A stretch of 63,001 nucleotides of DNA, counting the filler, from Octopus bimaculoides (Eukaryota): assembly GCF_001194135.2 (NCBI RefSeq). It is 5 parts of 5 records of this genome, joined end to end, with 100 filler letters (N's around TTAATTAATTAA, not from the genome) between each part and the next. Parts side by side here need not be neighbours in the genome. Positions count along the whole stretch, not along the records: positions 50,194 to 59,105 come from NC_068989.1; positions 59,206 to 60,970 come from NW_026303129.1; positions 61,071 to 63,001 come from NC_068986.1; 2 more parts are not named here. One strand, given 5' to 3'. Below are positions 50,094 through 63,001 of this stretch, one piece after another (within the stretch, counting starts at the first letter, position 1; every line of letters begins with the position of its first letter). The notes under the pieces were generated by a model. That model was not told the origin of the DNA. It worked only from the letters and a program-made list of their open reading frames with translations, and did no database searches. The translations under genes were made by a program, and so were the position numbers.

Positions 50094-50210
50094 NNNNNNN
50101 NNNNNNNNNNNNNNNNNNNNNNNNNNNNNNNNNNNNNTTAATTAATTAANNNNNNNNNNNNNNNNNNNNNNNNNNNNNNNNNNNNNNNNNNNNGCAGAGG
50201 AATTTGTAGT

Positions 50211-50286
50211 GGGTAGTTTAGCTTAATCGGTCAAAGCATCGTGATACGTAATTACGGGGATATGAGTTCGAGTCCACAGCTAGCCA
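50211..50286 (+). pseudogene. tRNA-like 76-nt sequence (tRNA pseudogene or isolated SINE head)
   Basis: Acceptor gggtagt/gctagcc (one mismatch), D stem gctt/aagc, anticodon-like stem cgtga/ttacg with loop tacgtaa, B box gagttcgagtcc; T arm pairs poorly. Confidence 0.45.
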
Positions 50287-50377
50287 CCTACACTTTTCTC
50301 TGCAAAATAGGGATAGTTTATACTGTTCAGGCTATATTATTAGCATTATTCTGCTATTGAGAATTTAAAATCACTTC

Positions 50378-50419
<42 letters not shown>

Positions 50420-50532
50420 TTGATATTCATTCGTTATATATTCTGCGAGATAGTTATATTAATTGATTTAAGTGTAATTAAGAATGTAGTAATTATTGGC
50501 ATTAATTCTATGCATAGATACATGATATATGA

Positions 50533-50620
50533 CATTACCTGGTTTTATTGACGCCTATGTATATGAAATCGATAAATTTACATTTTGTAATGTTTACCCC
50601 GGCGGACGAAGCCAATGGCT
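50533..50620 (-). promoter_or_regulatory. Candidate promoter / non-coding first exon at the right edge of the CpG-poor block
   Basis: CpG-rich ccccggcggacgaagCCAATggc (CCAAT at 50612-50616); CAG|gtaatg donor on the minus strand (exon end 50539). Confidence 0.25.
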
Positions 50621-51354
50621 GCACAACCTCGAAAGCAACAGTTTCGCTGATTCATGTTCGTACTATGGAATATGTTTGAGTGTGTGCGTGTGCGCGTGCG
50701 CTGAATCTGGATATAGGAAACAAACATTCTGTATCCCTAAAAATGAAATTAAAGAACATATAAATAAGGTCAATTTTAGGAATCAAATAGATATAGGTAA
50801 TAAAAAAGTGAACATAAAACAAAACCCTTGATAAAGTTAATGAGATTTCCAGACATCGAACTGAACATCGCAATAATATGAATAGTCACGTAAGGCATAA
50901 CGATATAATTTTAAGTAAACCTTATAATAAACGTATTAATAATTCTTTTAAAATGAAAACGTTAGCAAAAACAGTAACCGCCCCACCAAAACAATCGCTA
51001 AATCTAGACATAATTTTGTATAACGCAGTCTTCGGGACTTAGCCAGAAATATCCCTGTAAATTTTTTCTGTGCATTTGATAGACACGTACTACCATCTAG
51101 CTAATAAAGTAAGGTTTTCAATCAGCCCATGATTAGGTTTTCCTTCTTGACAATCAGGAATCGAGCTCATATTATTGCCGTGCACAATTTTAGTAGTATG
51201 AGAGAATACTCTAGTAAGAACCAAATAAAGACAAATCATAGAACTAATATTAATAGTAATATGACTGATAAAATAATAACTATACGGAAACGGTAGATCA
51301 TGATATGAACGTTTCATGGGGAATAATGAACATGTTTGGCTAGCAGCAGCAGCT

Positions 51355-51420
<66 letters not shown>

Positions 51421-52554
51421 ATGGAAACAATCATGAAGTTAGCTTATGGGAGGTAACTAATCCCAAACCACTCATGAATTAAATGAATTGAGTAAGAAAT
51501 CCAATAGTACAGTTAACTTAATCTATAGCGAGACCGATAATATCCATAGAGTGATACGTAATAGTTTAGACGCAGCATTTAATAATTCTGATATGTTAAT
51601 AAGCATCATTGTAACAGTAAGAGCAATTTATTTTGTCTGCATACAGGGCAAAGCCTGACAAAAATGTAGTGCAGTAACAGCTGATGGTATTTCTATTTAG
51701 TTCATGCTCTACTGACTTGAAACAAAGATTATGTAATAGCTTAATTCTTTTAAAATCTGTTCATGTATTATATATTGTATAATATTGTTTTCATTATGAG
51801 AGATTACTGGTCTGAATGAGTTCTGATCTAATTAAAGTTGTTTCTAATACAAAGTTTATAAAATATTCTGTCCCCTTAATATCAAAAATAGTCATTCGAA
51901 GCTTTAGTGATACTAGAAAAATAGCCGTATTGTATTTCAACAAAACCTCTACTGTCATGTACCCTAAGATTTTATGGTCCATCACCTGGAATAAACTTTA
52001 AGGACTATCTAATACTTGAATTTCAGTTCGCTTCACGCATCCGCTGAGTAAAACTTCGAATAAACCTGTTTAAGAATGTCTGCCTTGGATGAACATGTAC
52101 TGCGTCTGGTTTAAATTTAAATCAACTAGATACCCATAACTGCTACATCAAAGAATTCTAGGACACCTATCCAACAGAATTACGTGTCGGATGGGATTTT
52201 GATGAGAATAATGCGTTAATAAATAAATAAAATTTGAAGATCTTTAATTTTCCATACACTTAATGTACCTTTTACCATAGATTCAGGTTCAACAACGTTA
52301 CTCCTGTGTTTTCTCGTTGCAGCCAATAACTAACCCGTTTTACCTGCAACAGTGAATCGCTGTTAAAATTTGCTGAAGTCACGTTGCCATTTAAAATATT
52401 TTCATAAATAAAATAGTTCTAGAAAATTGAAACCGATGGATATATTAAATTTTGCTATTGATTCTATATAAATTGGATTAACGAAATCCCGCCGCACATA
52501 TATTTTACATTAGTGTCTCACAGCCATTCTTTTGCGCACAAACTCCCTTCCTCT

Positions 52555-52987
52555 CTTCATATATATATGTGTGTGTGTATGTGTGTGTGTGTGCGCGTGT
52601 GTGTGTGTTTTATGTATGTATGTATGTATGTATGTACGTACGTATGTATGTATGTATGTATGTATGTATGTATAATTGAAGTAGCTGAGAAATGTTGAAA
52701 ATCGATGTGATTCTTTCTCGAACGAAAAAGAACTCCTATTCTTGTCATGAAGCTATTTTCATAAAATATCTTCACACTTTATATTAACACTTTGATACAT
52801 TACTTCAAGTATCTTTGCAATGGTGTTGTGGACACATTATTCCAAGAAATATCTCGGTATTTATACATATACACACATATACAAACACATACACAGACTT
52901 TCATATGTATACTCACATATGCACACAAACTTACAGACACGCACGGACTCATACACACGCATGTAGATAGATGGATAGATAGCTAGC

Positions 52988-53052
<65 letters not shown>

Positions 53053-53068
53053 TGATTGATTGACTGAC

Positions 53069-53104
<36 letters not shown>

Positions 53105-53143
53105 GCATACATACATGCATGCATACACGCATTTATAAATTTG

Positions 53144-53186
<43 letters not shown>

Positions 53187-53260
53187 TACTTGTATGTATC
53201 AATATATATGTACGCATGTATGTATGTACGCATGTATGTATGTACGCATGTATGTATGAC
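52555..53260. repeat. Cluster of (TG)n, (TATG)n, (GATA)n, (TTGA)n and (TA)n microsatellites
   Basis: Directly visible. Confidence 0.9.
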
Positions 53261-55124
53261 ATTTGCAAGTCCTCCCACCAACCAGGAACATTTATGTTCC
53301 TTTTTAATCTTCGTAGATCAACAAATATGGGGAAAATATGAATAAAGATTGAATCACCTACGATTAGGGAATGAGTGGATGAATGTTATATGTAATCAAG
53401 TCGTCCATTGTGGATGGGATGGAGCAAGGATGTTTGGAGGAAAGCATTTGAAATAAAATTTAAATATTTGAGTTTGTGTGTCTGTGCGTTTGTGCGCATG
53501 CGTGTGCCCGGCCTCGAGTGTGTTTCTTTTACATCTGTTGCGAATTATCTGTTACTGGTTGGAGGAGGAATGAAGATTCTTCCCAATATGCGTATAGGTG
53601 TCCGTCCGATCTCACTTGCACTGTGTTACTGACACACACTCAAAGGCAGCAGCAGCACTTTTCTTAATTTAAGTGTGTAAATGATTTTTGATTAAAATAT
53701 ATTTAATAAAGACTGATTAAATATATGTCAGAAACAGTTTTATTTCAACTGAGATTCGTCTTAAACATACCTGTAATTTTGAAATTCTTTGATTACGAAA
53801 ATAATATGGAAAATTAATAGAAACTGAAATAGCGGGAAGCAAACTTCTCGTTGGGAGGGAGTCATTGTTCTCATGATGTGTGGAAACCGAAGTACACAGA
53901 CGAATCTCTCCCCTCCACTAACCCACCTACTCATCCAAAATTGGAACTACAAGGCATGACAAAATTATGGTTTAAAATATAAGGATGGGCCTCAGTATAT
54001 AAGACATTTGTTCTGGATCCTTCATAACCTGGGAAACTCTCAACATTATGTTACTACCTCAAGATGTATACATCAATGTCTTTGATTGAATGTCCTAGAA
54101 ATAAATACATAAATGAAATAAATATAGAGCTCATGAGAGCTTCCATTACTTAAGCATCTTAATATAGCAAATGGGATTTATTGATTGGTATGGCAAACAT
54201 TATCTGTTCTAGACAATCAAGTCCTCTAGATCGAAAGAGCAACGTTGTTGATATAACATCCTCTGTTTTGGTGCATGCAGCGTAATTAGTAATTTTGCTA
54301 ATATGTGACGTAAGCTCTTCAACTTTATATCTTATGCGTTTGAAGGTTGTCGCTAATTTAGATTATGGAATAACATTTTGGCGATACGTATATATAAATA
54401 CACACACAGACATATATATANNNNNNNNNNNNNNNNNNNNNNNNNNNNNNNNNNNNNNNNNNNNNNNNNNNNNNNNNNNNNNNNNNNNNNNNNNNNNNNN
54501 NNNNNNNNNNNNNNNNNNNNNNNNNNNNNNNNNNNNNNNNNNNNNNNNNNNNNNNNNNNNNNNNNNNNNNNNNNNNNNNNNNNNNNNNNNNNNNNNNNNN
54601 NNNNNNNNNNNNNNNNNNNNNNNNNNNNNNNNNNNNNNNNNNNNNNNNNNNNNNNNNNNNNNNNNNNNNNNNNNNNNNNNNNNNNNNNNNNNNNNNNNNN
54701 NNNNNNNNNNNNNNNNNNNNNNNNNNNNNNNNNNNNNNNNNNNNNNNNNNNNNNNNNNNNNNNNNNNNNNNNNNNNNNNNNNNNNNNNNNNNNNNNNNNN
54801 NNNNNNNNNNNNNNNNNNNNNNNNNNNNNNNNNNNNNNNNNNNNNNNNNNNNNNNNNNNNNNNNNNNNNNNNNNNNNNNNNNNNNNNNNNNNNNNNNNNN
54901 NNNNNNNNNNNNNNNNNNNNNNNNNNNNNNNNNNNNNNNNNNNNNNNNNNNNNNNNNNNNNNNNNNNNNNNNNNNNNNNNNNNNNNNNNNNNNNNNNNNN
55001 NNNNNNNNNNNNNNNNNNNNNNNNNNNNNNNNNNNNNNNNNNNNNNNNNNNNNNNNNNNNNNNNNNNNNNNNNNNNNNNNNNNNNNNNNNNNNNNNNNNN
55101 NNNNNNNNNNNNNNNNNNNNNNNN

Positions 55125-55165
<41 letters not shown>

Positions 55166-55185
55166 CTTTTACCGTTTATTTTTAT

Positions 55186-56036
55186 AGATTTCAGCCAAGG
55201 GCTGAGGTCATGGTGGTGCACCTCCAGTAGTCATTCCGTGTTGTTTCCGATATAGTTTTTGGTGAAGTAGCAAGTTGGACGGAGCTATTCTTCTTTGCGT
55301 CTCCTACCGCGATGTGGGTTCATCTGGTATCTCAGATAGAAACCTGTCCAGACTTTCATTGAAAACTTCCACATCGACACTATGTAGACCTCTAAGGTTG
55401 CCTGGAAGGATGTTGAACAATTGCGGGTCCTTGAAACCCAGACTATTACAGTACTGTGTCCTTATTTCAGATGAGGAAGACGGAATTTTTGGTATGATGT
55501 AGTGCCGTCCGGTTTGAGGAATGTTATAGTTGTCAATTCCAAAATTGGGAGCTAAACCCTCCAAGATCTTCCAAATATATATCACCGCAAATCTCTCTCG
55601 TCTTCTCTCCAGGGAATAGAGACTTAGCTCCTTTAACCTCTCCCAGTAGACCATCTTTTGTATCGAGTAAATATTCTTTGTGTATTGGCGCTGAATTTCT
55701 TCGAGTTCCCTAGTTTGTAACACAATGTCTGGGGACCATAGTTGGGAGCAGTAGTCCAAGCATCTGAGAACGAAAGTCTTCCATACGAGTAGCAGGTCCA
55801 CTCTTTTTCTGGCTCTGAATGTCTTCAGAATCCAGCCAGCCACTCGCCTGTACAGTGTTGCCATCTTCGTAATATACACATGGAATGTTGCATTATTGCT
55901 CATGCGAACCCCCCGGTCACGCACCGACTCTGACTCTGAAATCGTATTACTTTCGGGTCCAGTGTATTCCGATCTTAGCCTGGTGCAATGGAACTCAACA
56001 CTAAATCTCCTGGTTGCAAATCTCGCTTCATAACGA
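55186..56036 (-). mobile_element. CR1-group LINE 3' portion (RT C-terminus and 3' UTR), running into an assembly gap
   Basis: ORF 55304..55924: GWILKTFRAR...LDYCSQLWSP...LEEIQRQYTK...YWERLKELSLYSLERRRER...IYIWKILEGLAPN...LFNILP...FLSEIPDEP. Confidence 0.88.
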
Positions 56037-57446
56037 NNNNNNNNNNNNNNNNNNNNNNNNNNNNNNNNNNNNNNNNNNNNNNNNNNNNNNNNNNNNNNNN
56101 NNNNNNNNNNNNNNNNNNNNNNNNNNNNNNNNNNNNNNNNNNNNNNNNNNNNNNNNNNNNNNNNNNNNNNNNNNNNNNNNNNNNNNNNNNNNNNNNNNNN
56201 NNNNNNNNNNNNNNNNNNNNNNNNNNNNNNNNNNNNNNNNNNNNNNNNNNNNNNNNNNNNNNNNNNNNNNNNNNNNNNNNNNNNNNNNNNNNNNNNNNNN
56301 NNNNNNNNNNNNNNNNNNNNNNNNNNNNNNNNNNNNNNNNNNNNNNNNNNNNNNNNNNNNNNNNNNNNNNNNNNNNNNNNNNNNNNNNNNNNNNNNNNNN
56401 NNNNNNNNNNNNNNNNNNNNNNNNNNNNNNNNNNNNNNNNNNNNNNNNNNNNNNNNNNNNNNNNNNNNNNNNNNNNNNNNNNNNNNNNNNNNNNNNNNNN
56501 NNNNNNNNNNNNNNNNNNNNNNNNNNNNNNNNNNNNNNNNNNNNNNNNNNNNNNNNNNNNNNNNNAAATTCACGGTAATCCTCGGCCACGCGACACCAAA
56601 AATCAACGATAAGAAAGGCACTTACGAATTCATCGGCCAGCGAGTTCAGGCATCCCACCCCAAAGAAATCCATTCCATGTGCGCCACAAATAGTCCCGTA
56701 TATATTGTATAGACACATACTTACATACATATATATACATATATATATACTTATATATATAGGTATATATATATATGTTTGTATGAATGTGTATATAAAT
56801 ATATATATGTGTATGTATGTATATGTATATATTGATATATATATATATAAACACACACAAACACGCACATATATATACACATATCTGACCGAATATAAGT
56901 ATTTTGGTGCCAACATGTTTTTTTTTTTTTGTAGTTGAGTAAAAAATGTGAGTAATGTTTGTCGGCTTTTCCAAATTAATACGGACAAATGAGTAGATAA
57001 AAAACATTCGCCTCAGTAATATCTCTCGAAATCTTCAAGCTGATTTTATCCAACACTCTGTGCATCTTCAGTGCAGAATGCTAGGCGAATGCATTAATTA
57101 TTTGGCGGATATATTAATTATATGTAAGTTGAAGAGTTTGTAAGTGGAAAATGTTAGTTAGATGATAAAGTTGAGAATATCTCTCGTTTGAGATCACAAG
57201 CAGAGACATACAGACAGAGAAACAGACAGACTGATGGAGTGTGAAATTGAAAAAGTGAGAGAAAAGCAGAGAAAGAGAGAGAGAGAGAAATAAAGAGAAA
57301 CTTTGCTACGAAATATTTTGAAATAAAAATAAATGCGAATGTACTCAATTCCTTTACCTTTACTGTGGATTCTCGCTGTAGTCTCTTGAAATTCATATTT
57401 TACGCAAATCTTTTCGTTGTTGATAGATTTCTTGATTTCATTTTAG

Positions 57447-57467
57447 CTGTTATTTGTGTATGTACGG
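57447..57467 (+). other. Candidate 21-nt exon or end of a first exon
   Basis: tttcttgatttcattttag| acceptor and CGG|gtgagt donor, downstream of a (GA)n tract; splice signals only. Confidence 0.2.
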
Positions 57468-58144
57468 GTGAGTGTGTGGTTGCACTGAAGTGTGTAAGTG
57501 CGAATTAGAGTATCTACGTACACAGGTATTCAAGCAAAATGAAATTGAAACAAAAGATTAAGCTAGATATAAAAAATTTTCCCTAATATTTAAAATTTCA
57601 ACTTCGAAGTAGCAAGCAAAATTCGTTATGTACAAATGATATAGTGTTCAAATTCTACTTTTAAATAAAATACCATTGAAATATCCAAATACTACAAAAT
57701 TAGAAATAAAATATATAAGCTCTGCACATTAGAGAAAAGCAGGCGCTTGTATGCTTTATAAACTATTACAAACATAATCATAATGTTTTTATATTTATTT
57801 TTATTACTCTCAATTATTTTCTAAGATAGAGAAGCGTATGGAACATTTCTAACAAAGTTACTCTTTATGAGAAATTAGCAATGACAAATGATTTTATGCA
57901 GAATTTTTTAAAATTTATCAAGACCTAGATTATGTTTTGTTATTTTTTAAAGATGTTTAACTATTTAAAAATATATCGGTTAAGAAGAGTTTATCGATAT
58001 TACAGAAATGTTAAGGTGTTGCACAGTAATGTGAATCAAGTTACAGTAACATGACGCTTGGTCCAAAACAGCATATGTACAATTAACAAGAGCTGCATAA
58101 CAACTTTAACTACAATCATTTTATCTATTATGTTTTAAATGTCT

Positions 58145-58310
58145 GCGGCCATGCTGGAGCTTCGCCTTGAAGTATCTTAGTCGAACGAATGCTATCCGAA
58201 TATTTGTTTTAAAGACCGGTACTTACTCTATTGGGCTGTTTTGCCGAGCCACTACTTTACAAGGACATACACAAACTAACACCAGGTATTAAATGGTAGT
58301 GGGGGAAAAG
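58145..58310 (-). mobile_element. SINE 3' half
   Basis: gcggccatgctggagcttcgccttga...ggtacttactctattgggctgttttgccgagc. Confidence 0.65.
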
Positions 58311-58438
58311 CGCAAGCACAATGACACACATACACTCACACACATATACACACACCACACACATACATATGTGTGTGTGTGTATATCTATATATATATAT
58401 ATATATGTTTGTCTCTACCTATTTTTCTATCTATCTCT

Positions 58439-59105
58439 TGTGGTGAGAGTCATTGACACCCCTGGGGGATTGGAAGAATGGACTAGCCGAACTCTTGTAA
58501 AGAGTAGAGGTCGGTAGGCGAAGTACGTTGTGTGAACAAATTGATTAAACCTCCGCTGCGTAATTTATATATCCAACGTGTGCCAAGGATATAAAAGTGG
58601 CGATGATATAAAAGTTGGACGTTTAAATTTTTTCTTGGTACGAAACCAAACAAAAAAAATATTTTCACACGGAAGATTTGTTAGCTTGCGTGCTGCAGTT
58701 GCGCCAGCAACAATACCAACAGTTACTAGAAGTAATGTTGAAGATGTCTGAAAATACTTCAGGTTCGTTCTCGTCAGACAGCTTAGCAAATTCAATTACA
58801 GAATTTACAACCCACTGGAAGGTAGTGCTTTTTTTTTTTTTACATATTTTAGAAGATACGGAGAAATCTTCAAAGAAGAATGTAAAAATTGGAATGACGA
58901 GAAGGAGGTACAACTACTTTTAAGAAAGTTATCCCCTGCCAAACATGAAAAATACTATATCTATATTCTGCCGAAGAAACCAGGTTAGATTTGTTTTGAT
59001 GAAACAGTTAATTTGTCATCGGGAATTTTCAGTGAAAGAAGTTCCCTACTCAATACTCGTCGGCAATGTTTAAATTTAGTCAAAGAAATATGAAGATTTC
59101 GTCAC
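58439..59105 (+). mobile_element. Ty3/Gypsy LTR retrotransposon stub: putative short 5' LTR (~58439-58597), PBS TGGCGATGA (58598-58606), frameshifted gag
   Basis: SFSSDSLANSITEF, then across frameshifts RRYGEIFKEECKNWNDEKEVQLL, RKLSPAKHEKYYIYILPKKP, FSERSSLLNTRRQCLNLVK: a typical invertebrate Gypsy gag; cut by a gap. Confidence 0.8.
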
Positions 59106-61070
59106 NNNNNNNNNNNNNNNNNNNNNNNNNNNNNNNNNNNNNNNNNNNNTTAATTAATTAANNNNNNNNNNNNNNNNNNNNNNNNNNNNNNNNNNNNNNN
59201 NNNNNATATATATATATATATATACTTAAGACTTCGTTGTGATCTGAACAGAACCGCTTCTGGCACAGAGAATCGGGAGCCCTTTTGGTCATTCTATTTT
59301 CCTTGCTGGAAGGGTTCCTAACCCATGAGCAAAGAGGAGTTAGATGATGGCGGTGGTCTTTTCAAAGGGATGGCACGTGTAACCTGATCACCTCTGCCGA
59401 TCAAACTCTCAACCCATGCGTTCCAGTTGCAACACTGATTCTGCCCAAATTTGACGTCATGTTACTTAGTTTGGTTTGAAATAAAGAACTTGATTAGCTT
59501 AATAATCCCAAATTAATCCCGGGCTATACTGCTAGTGTTTGAATATTTAGGGAACATAATCGATCAAACATTCATTGGTATGGCAGAAGCTGTTTAGGCT
59601 AAGTCTATGAAAATATTTTTTTAAATCTTAAACACAATTTTTATGTTAGAATATTCCACTATGCTTTCTAACAATATGGAAACATTTAGCATGAATTAAT
59701 TGCAGGTAGAGACATACAAATTCGAGCCAGCAATTAATAAGTACGTACCAGTTGCCAGGAATGTGTTTATGTAAAATTAATAAATCCAAATGTGTTACAT
59801 TGCTAAATATTATTGGTTATTTAAGAAATGTGTTTATGGATGGTTAATGGGTTGGATGTGATACTGAAGAACGAGCAAGAACACCTGAAATATCCATATA
59901 CACCAACTACCTATTTTTCTATATTCGATCACATTGCTTACATAGACGTATTCGTATATGAAAAGTCAGAAATTTCAGTGCTGGCTTCAGTTTCTATAGT
60001 AAATCTGCTGAGATAACTTTAAAAAGTGACATTCAATATGATTCATAGAGGGTCAGATTGATTTAATGCTGTTTCAATCTCGTATATCAAGATTTTCTAC
60101 AGTATAGCAAGCTATTCAGCAACATCATATTCACTGATTATTATGTATCTCCGAGCAACAAGCTAAATAAACGTCCGTCGTTCTTGTAACTACGGTGACA
60201 ATGTTAGTCTCGCTTCTATATTGCTTTTGCTTTAACTCAATGAATCTTTGAAGAGATTTTATCTCAGATGACTTCACAGCATCGCGCCTTCTAACGGTGT
60301 GCGTACATTTATTATGATACACAGTATTATGTTCTCAATGTCTCGGATATAACTCCTTGTATTTTCTACTTTCTATGCGTGCGTGCTCGCATTATATGTT
60401 GATGGCTGATGAGTGCAACGATTGCTTTTATTTGATTTTCTCTGCTGATACTGGCAATAAGGGAAACAGCAATTTCGTTACGTGTTACTTTGAATATAAT
60501 TGATTGGATAATGGTTTCTTGGTAACTGGGCAGTTACTTAGGAACAAAGATCCAATCTACAGCTTACATCTCTATAATGATTAGAGTATAATTCTTTAAA
60601 GGAGCCTATAACCAATTAGAATAACTCTCCTGATTTTACTGATAGTTGCAGAGTATGTCTTGATTTACTTCTAAACGGCAGCTAAACAAGATATTTAAAA
60701 TGTTCACACAACCTTTGATAGTTCACAGAACTGCCGGTGCCGTTGTTATCTTCAGTAATTACCACCGTAGAAAAATTTTATTTCTTCGAAAGATATTTTG
60801 AAATTAAGTTTGGATGTTCCTAAATATGTTGTGTAAAAGGTGTGTTTTAATATATTAGAGTTGTCAGCCGGTTTCAAACCGGGAAAATTGGTGCTCAAAC
60901 ACGTTTCATCGAATAGCTTTTTACGTGCAGAGTTGAATGCATGTATATGTTTAAGAATAGGGTTTCTGCANNNNNNNNNNNNNNNNNNNNNNNNNNNNNN
61001 NNNNNNNNNNNNNNTTAATTAATTAANNNNNNNNNNNNNNNNNNNNNNNNNNNNNNNNNNNNNNNNNNNN

Positions 61071-61119
<49 letters not shown>

Positions 61120-61614
61120 CATACATGTATATATAAATGAATGCATGTGTGTGTGTGTATACATCTATCTATATATGTATGAGTATGCATATATGTTTAT
61201 ACATGTCTGCATATATCATCGTATATATGAATATATGCATAGATATATTTATATAACTGCCTACATATATGTATATGCATGTACACACTGGTGATGTTTT
61301 TTATCATTTGTGCCTTCAAAAACCTGTAGAATAAGAGATCTGTTATCTGAAAAACAGCTAAGGGTTAGCAACTGGAACAGTGTCCAACTGTAAAATGATG
61401 TCTTGGTAATATATTCTTCTGGTCCATGCTGACATGGAAGAATGTATGTAAAAACAAATTAATATATAATGCAACCAGTATACCTTATAAAGTGATTGGT
61501 GTTAGAAATGGCTTCCAGGCATGGAAATCAAATTAAAATAAAATGTTTTAGCAGGGCAAGGTCTCTCCCATCTTGTTTATGAGGTGGTGACTCAGGTTGT
61601 AATGACCCACTAAT

Positions 61615-61726
61615 TTATGTCAGCATGTAATACAATGATGAGGATAATGATGACGATGATGATGATGATGGTGATGATGATGATATACATATACAACATA
61701 TATATATGTATATGCATGTATGTATA

Positions 61727-61770
<44 letters not shown>
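61615..61770. repeat. (GAT)n and (TA)n microsatellites
   Basis: Directly visible. Confidence 0.9.
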
Positions 61771-63001
61771 AATTTGAGGATGTCAGGTTCTCATTAGGGA
61801 TTAATTAATCCAAAAATTTCACTGGTTAATCACTATCATTGAAGGAGAAAGTCTCAATGATATGTTAGGGATTATTATAAGTAATACATATTGTTATTAA
61901 TGTAAGAAAGCAAATGGAGAATTATGGATGATTAAATAATTTATTTGTATGATATAATGAGGTTGAAAGTTTTTTTTTTATAAAAACAATACAATTAAAT
62001 TATAAATAATAAAGCTCTAAAGAAATGGCAGATACCAAAGACTACATGTATGTTTTGATCCACGCCTGTAGGTGATTCAGAATTCTATGCATTTGGGCAG
62101 GGTTGTATGCTAAGAACTAGTCATCATTCCTACAAATAATGAAATGATCTCTAATTTATTTATTTATTTAGTTAATAATTAATAATTACAAATATATTAT
62201 GCTACATTATAACAAATACCCAATATGTGCTCCTATATATTCTACTACATGTTATTTCATTATATTTTATTCTTTTTCTCTTCACTCTCTCATTCAACTT
62301 TTCTTTTTATTTGACCTCTTAATTGTTCATTTCTAGATATTAAACTTCCCATAACATAATTTTTGTGATAATAAATAAAAGAAAATAAAATTTTAAAATA
62401 TGTATGTTTGAGTATGAGTATATATATATATATTAAGATGATTTGGAAACATAACATCTAATAACCTAATGGTATATCTTTTCTACTCCTCTGATGAGAT
62501 TTTGCCCAATACAATGATTTAATTACTGAATTTAATTCTTTGGGCAAAAGAGAAACAGCTGTAAGAGAATATGTTGAATTTTTGCAGTTATTAAATTATA
62601 CTAAATGCTACATCTCCATTTTCTGAATTTTAATTTATATATATAAATCTGAAATTGTGTGTTTGTGTGAAGCCTTTTTGAAAGTTTATAGAAGTCCACA
62701 TTTTCCACTTTTTCGTAAATTTTTTTACATCAATGGAATTTTCTCGATGTGAACTTTCCAGTGCAGTAATTAGATTTTTAAAATTCCGTTTACTTTGTGT
62801 GATTTAAGGGAGATTTGGCTGTCATTTCTAGGAACTTTTATATTTCATCCCTTCTACCTGGAACGCAATTCTTACACACGCGCTCAACATAAAAATATAG
62901 AGAGTGGGAGAGGGAGAGAGAGAGAAAGTGATACATACAACGCCATAGTTTAAACTTTCATCTCAGTATTCTTTACCTATTTTTCATAACATAGATACGT
63001 A

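Overview
AT-rich eukaryotic genomic DNA from a gapped draft assembly. It is almost certainly an octopod cephalopod (Octopus-like); this is inferred from the tRNA-derived SINE families and the very dense (TA)n/(CA)n/(GA)n/(GATA)n/(TAA)n microsatellites, not from a database search. No long intact ORF or confidently identifiable host gene is present. Most ORF-track entries are microsatellite or N-gap artefacts. The window is a graveyard of decayed transposable elements: R4/Dong-type and CRE-type RLE LINEs, two Tx1/L1-type LINE relics, a CR1-type LINE, Penelope-like (GIY-YIG) relics, a Ty3/Gypsy LTR-PBS-gag stub, DD34D mariners, two maT-like (DD37D) elements (one full length with TIRs and TA TSD), a hAT MITE with an 8-bp TSD, and many SINEs. 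Most interesting signals: (1) repeated Penelope-derived termini carrying minimal hammerhead-ribozyme-like cores, twice arranged as head-to-head inverted arm pairs with a hammerhead core at each outer end; (2) a tRNA-like Pol III module between a Penelope GIY-YIG ORF end and its hammerhead core; (3) a CpG-depleted block at about 42.3-50.2 kb, bracketed by CpG-rich patches, that may mark a hidden methylated gene and contains a perfect 19-bp pre-miRNA-like hairpin; (4) a tentative chain of phase-compatible minus-strand exons with weak YWTD/LRP-propeller flavour. All gene calls are low confidence and all translations and alignments were done by eye.
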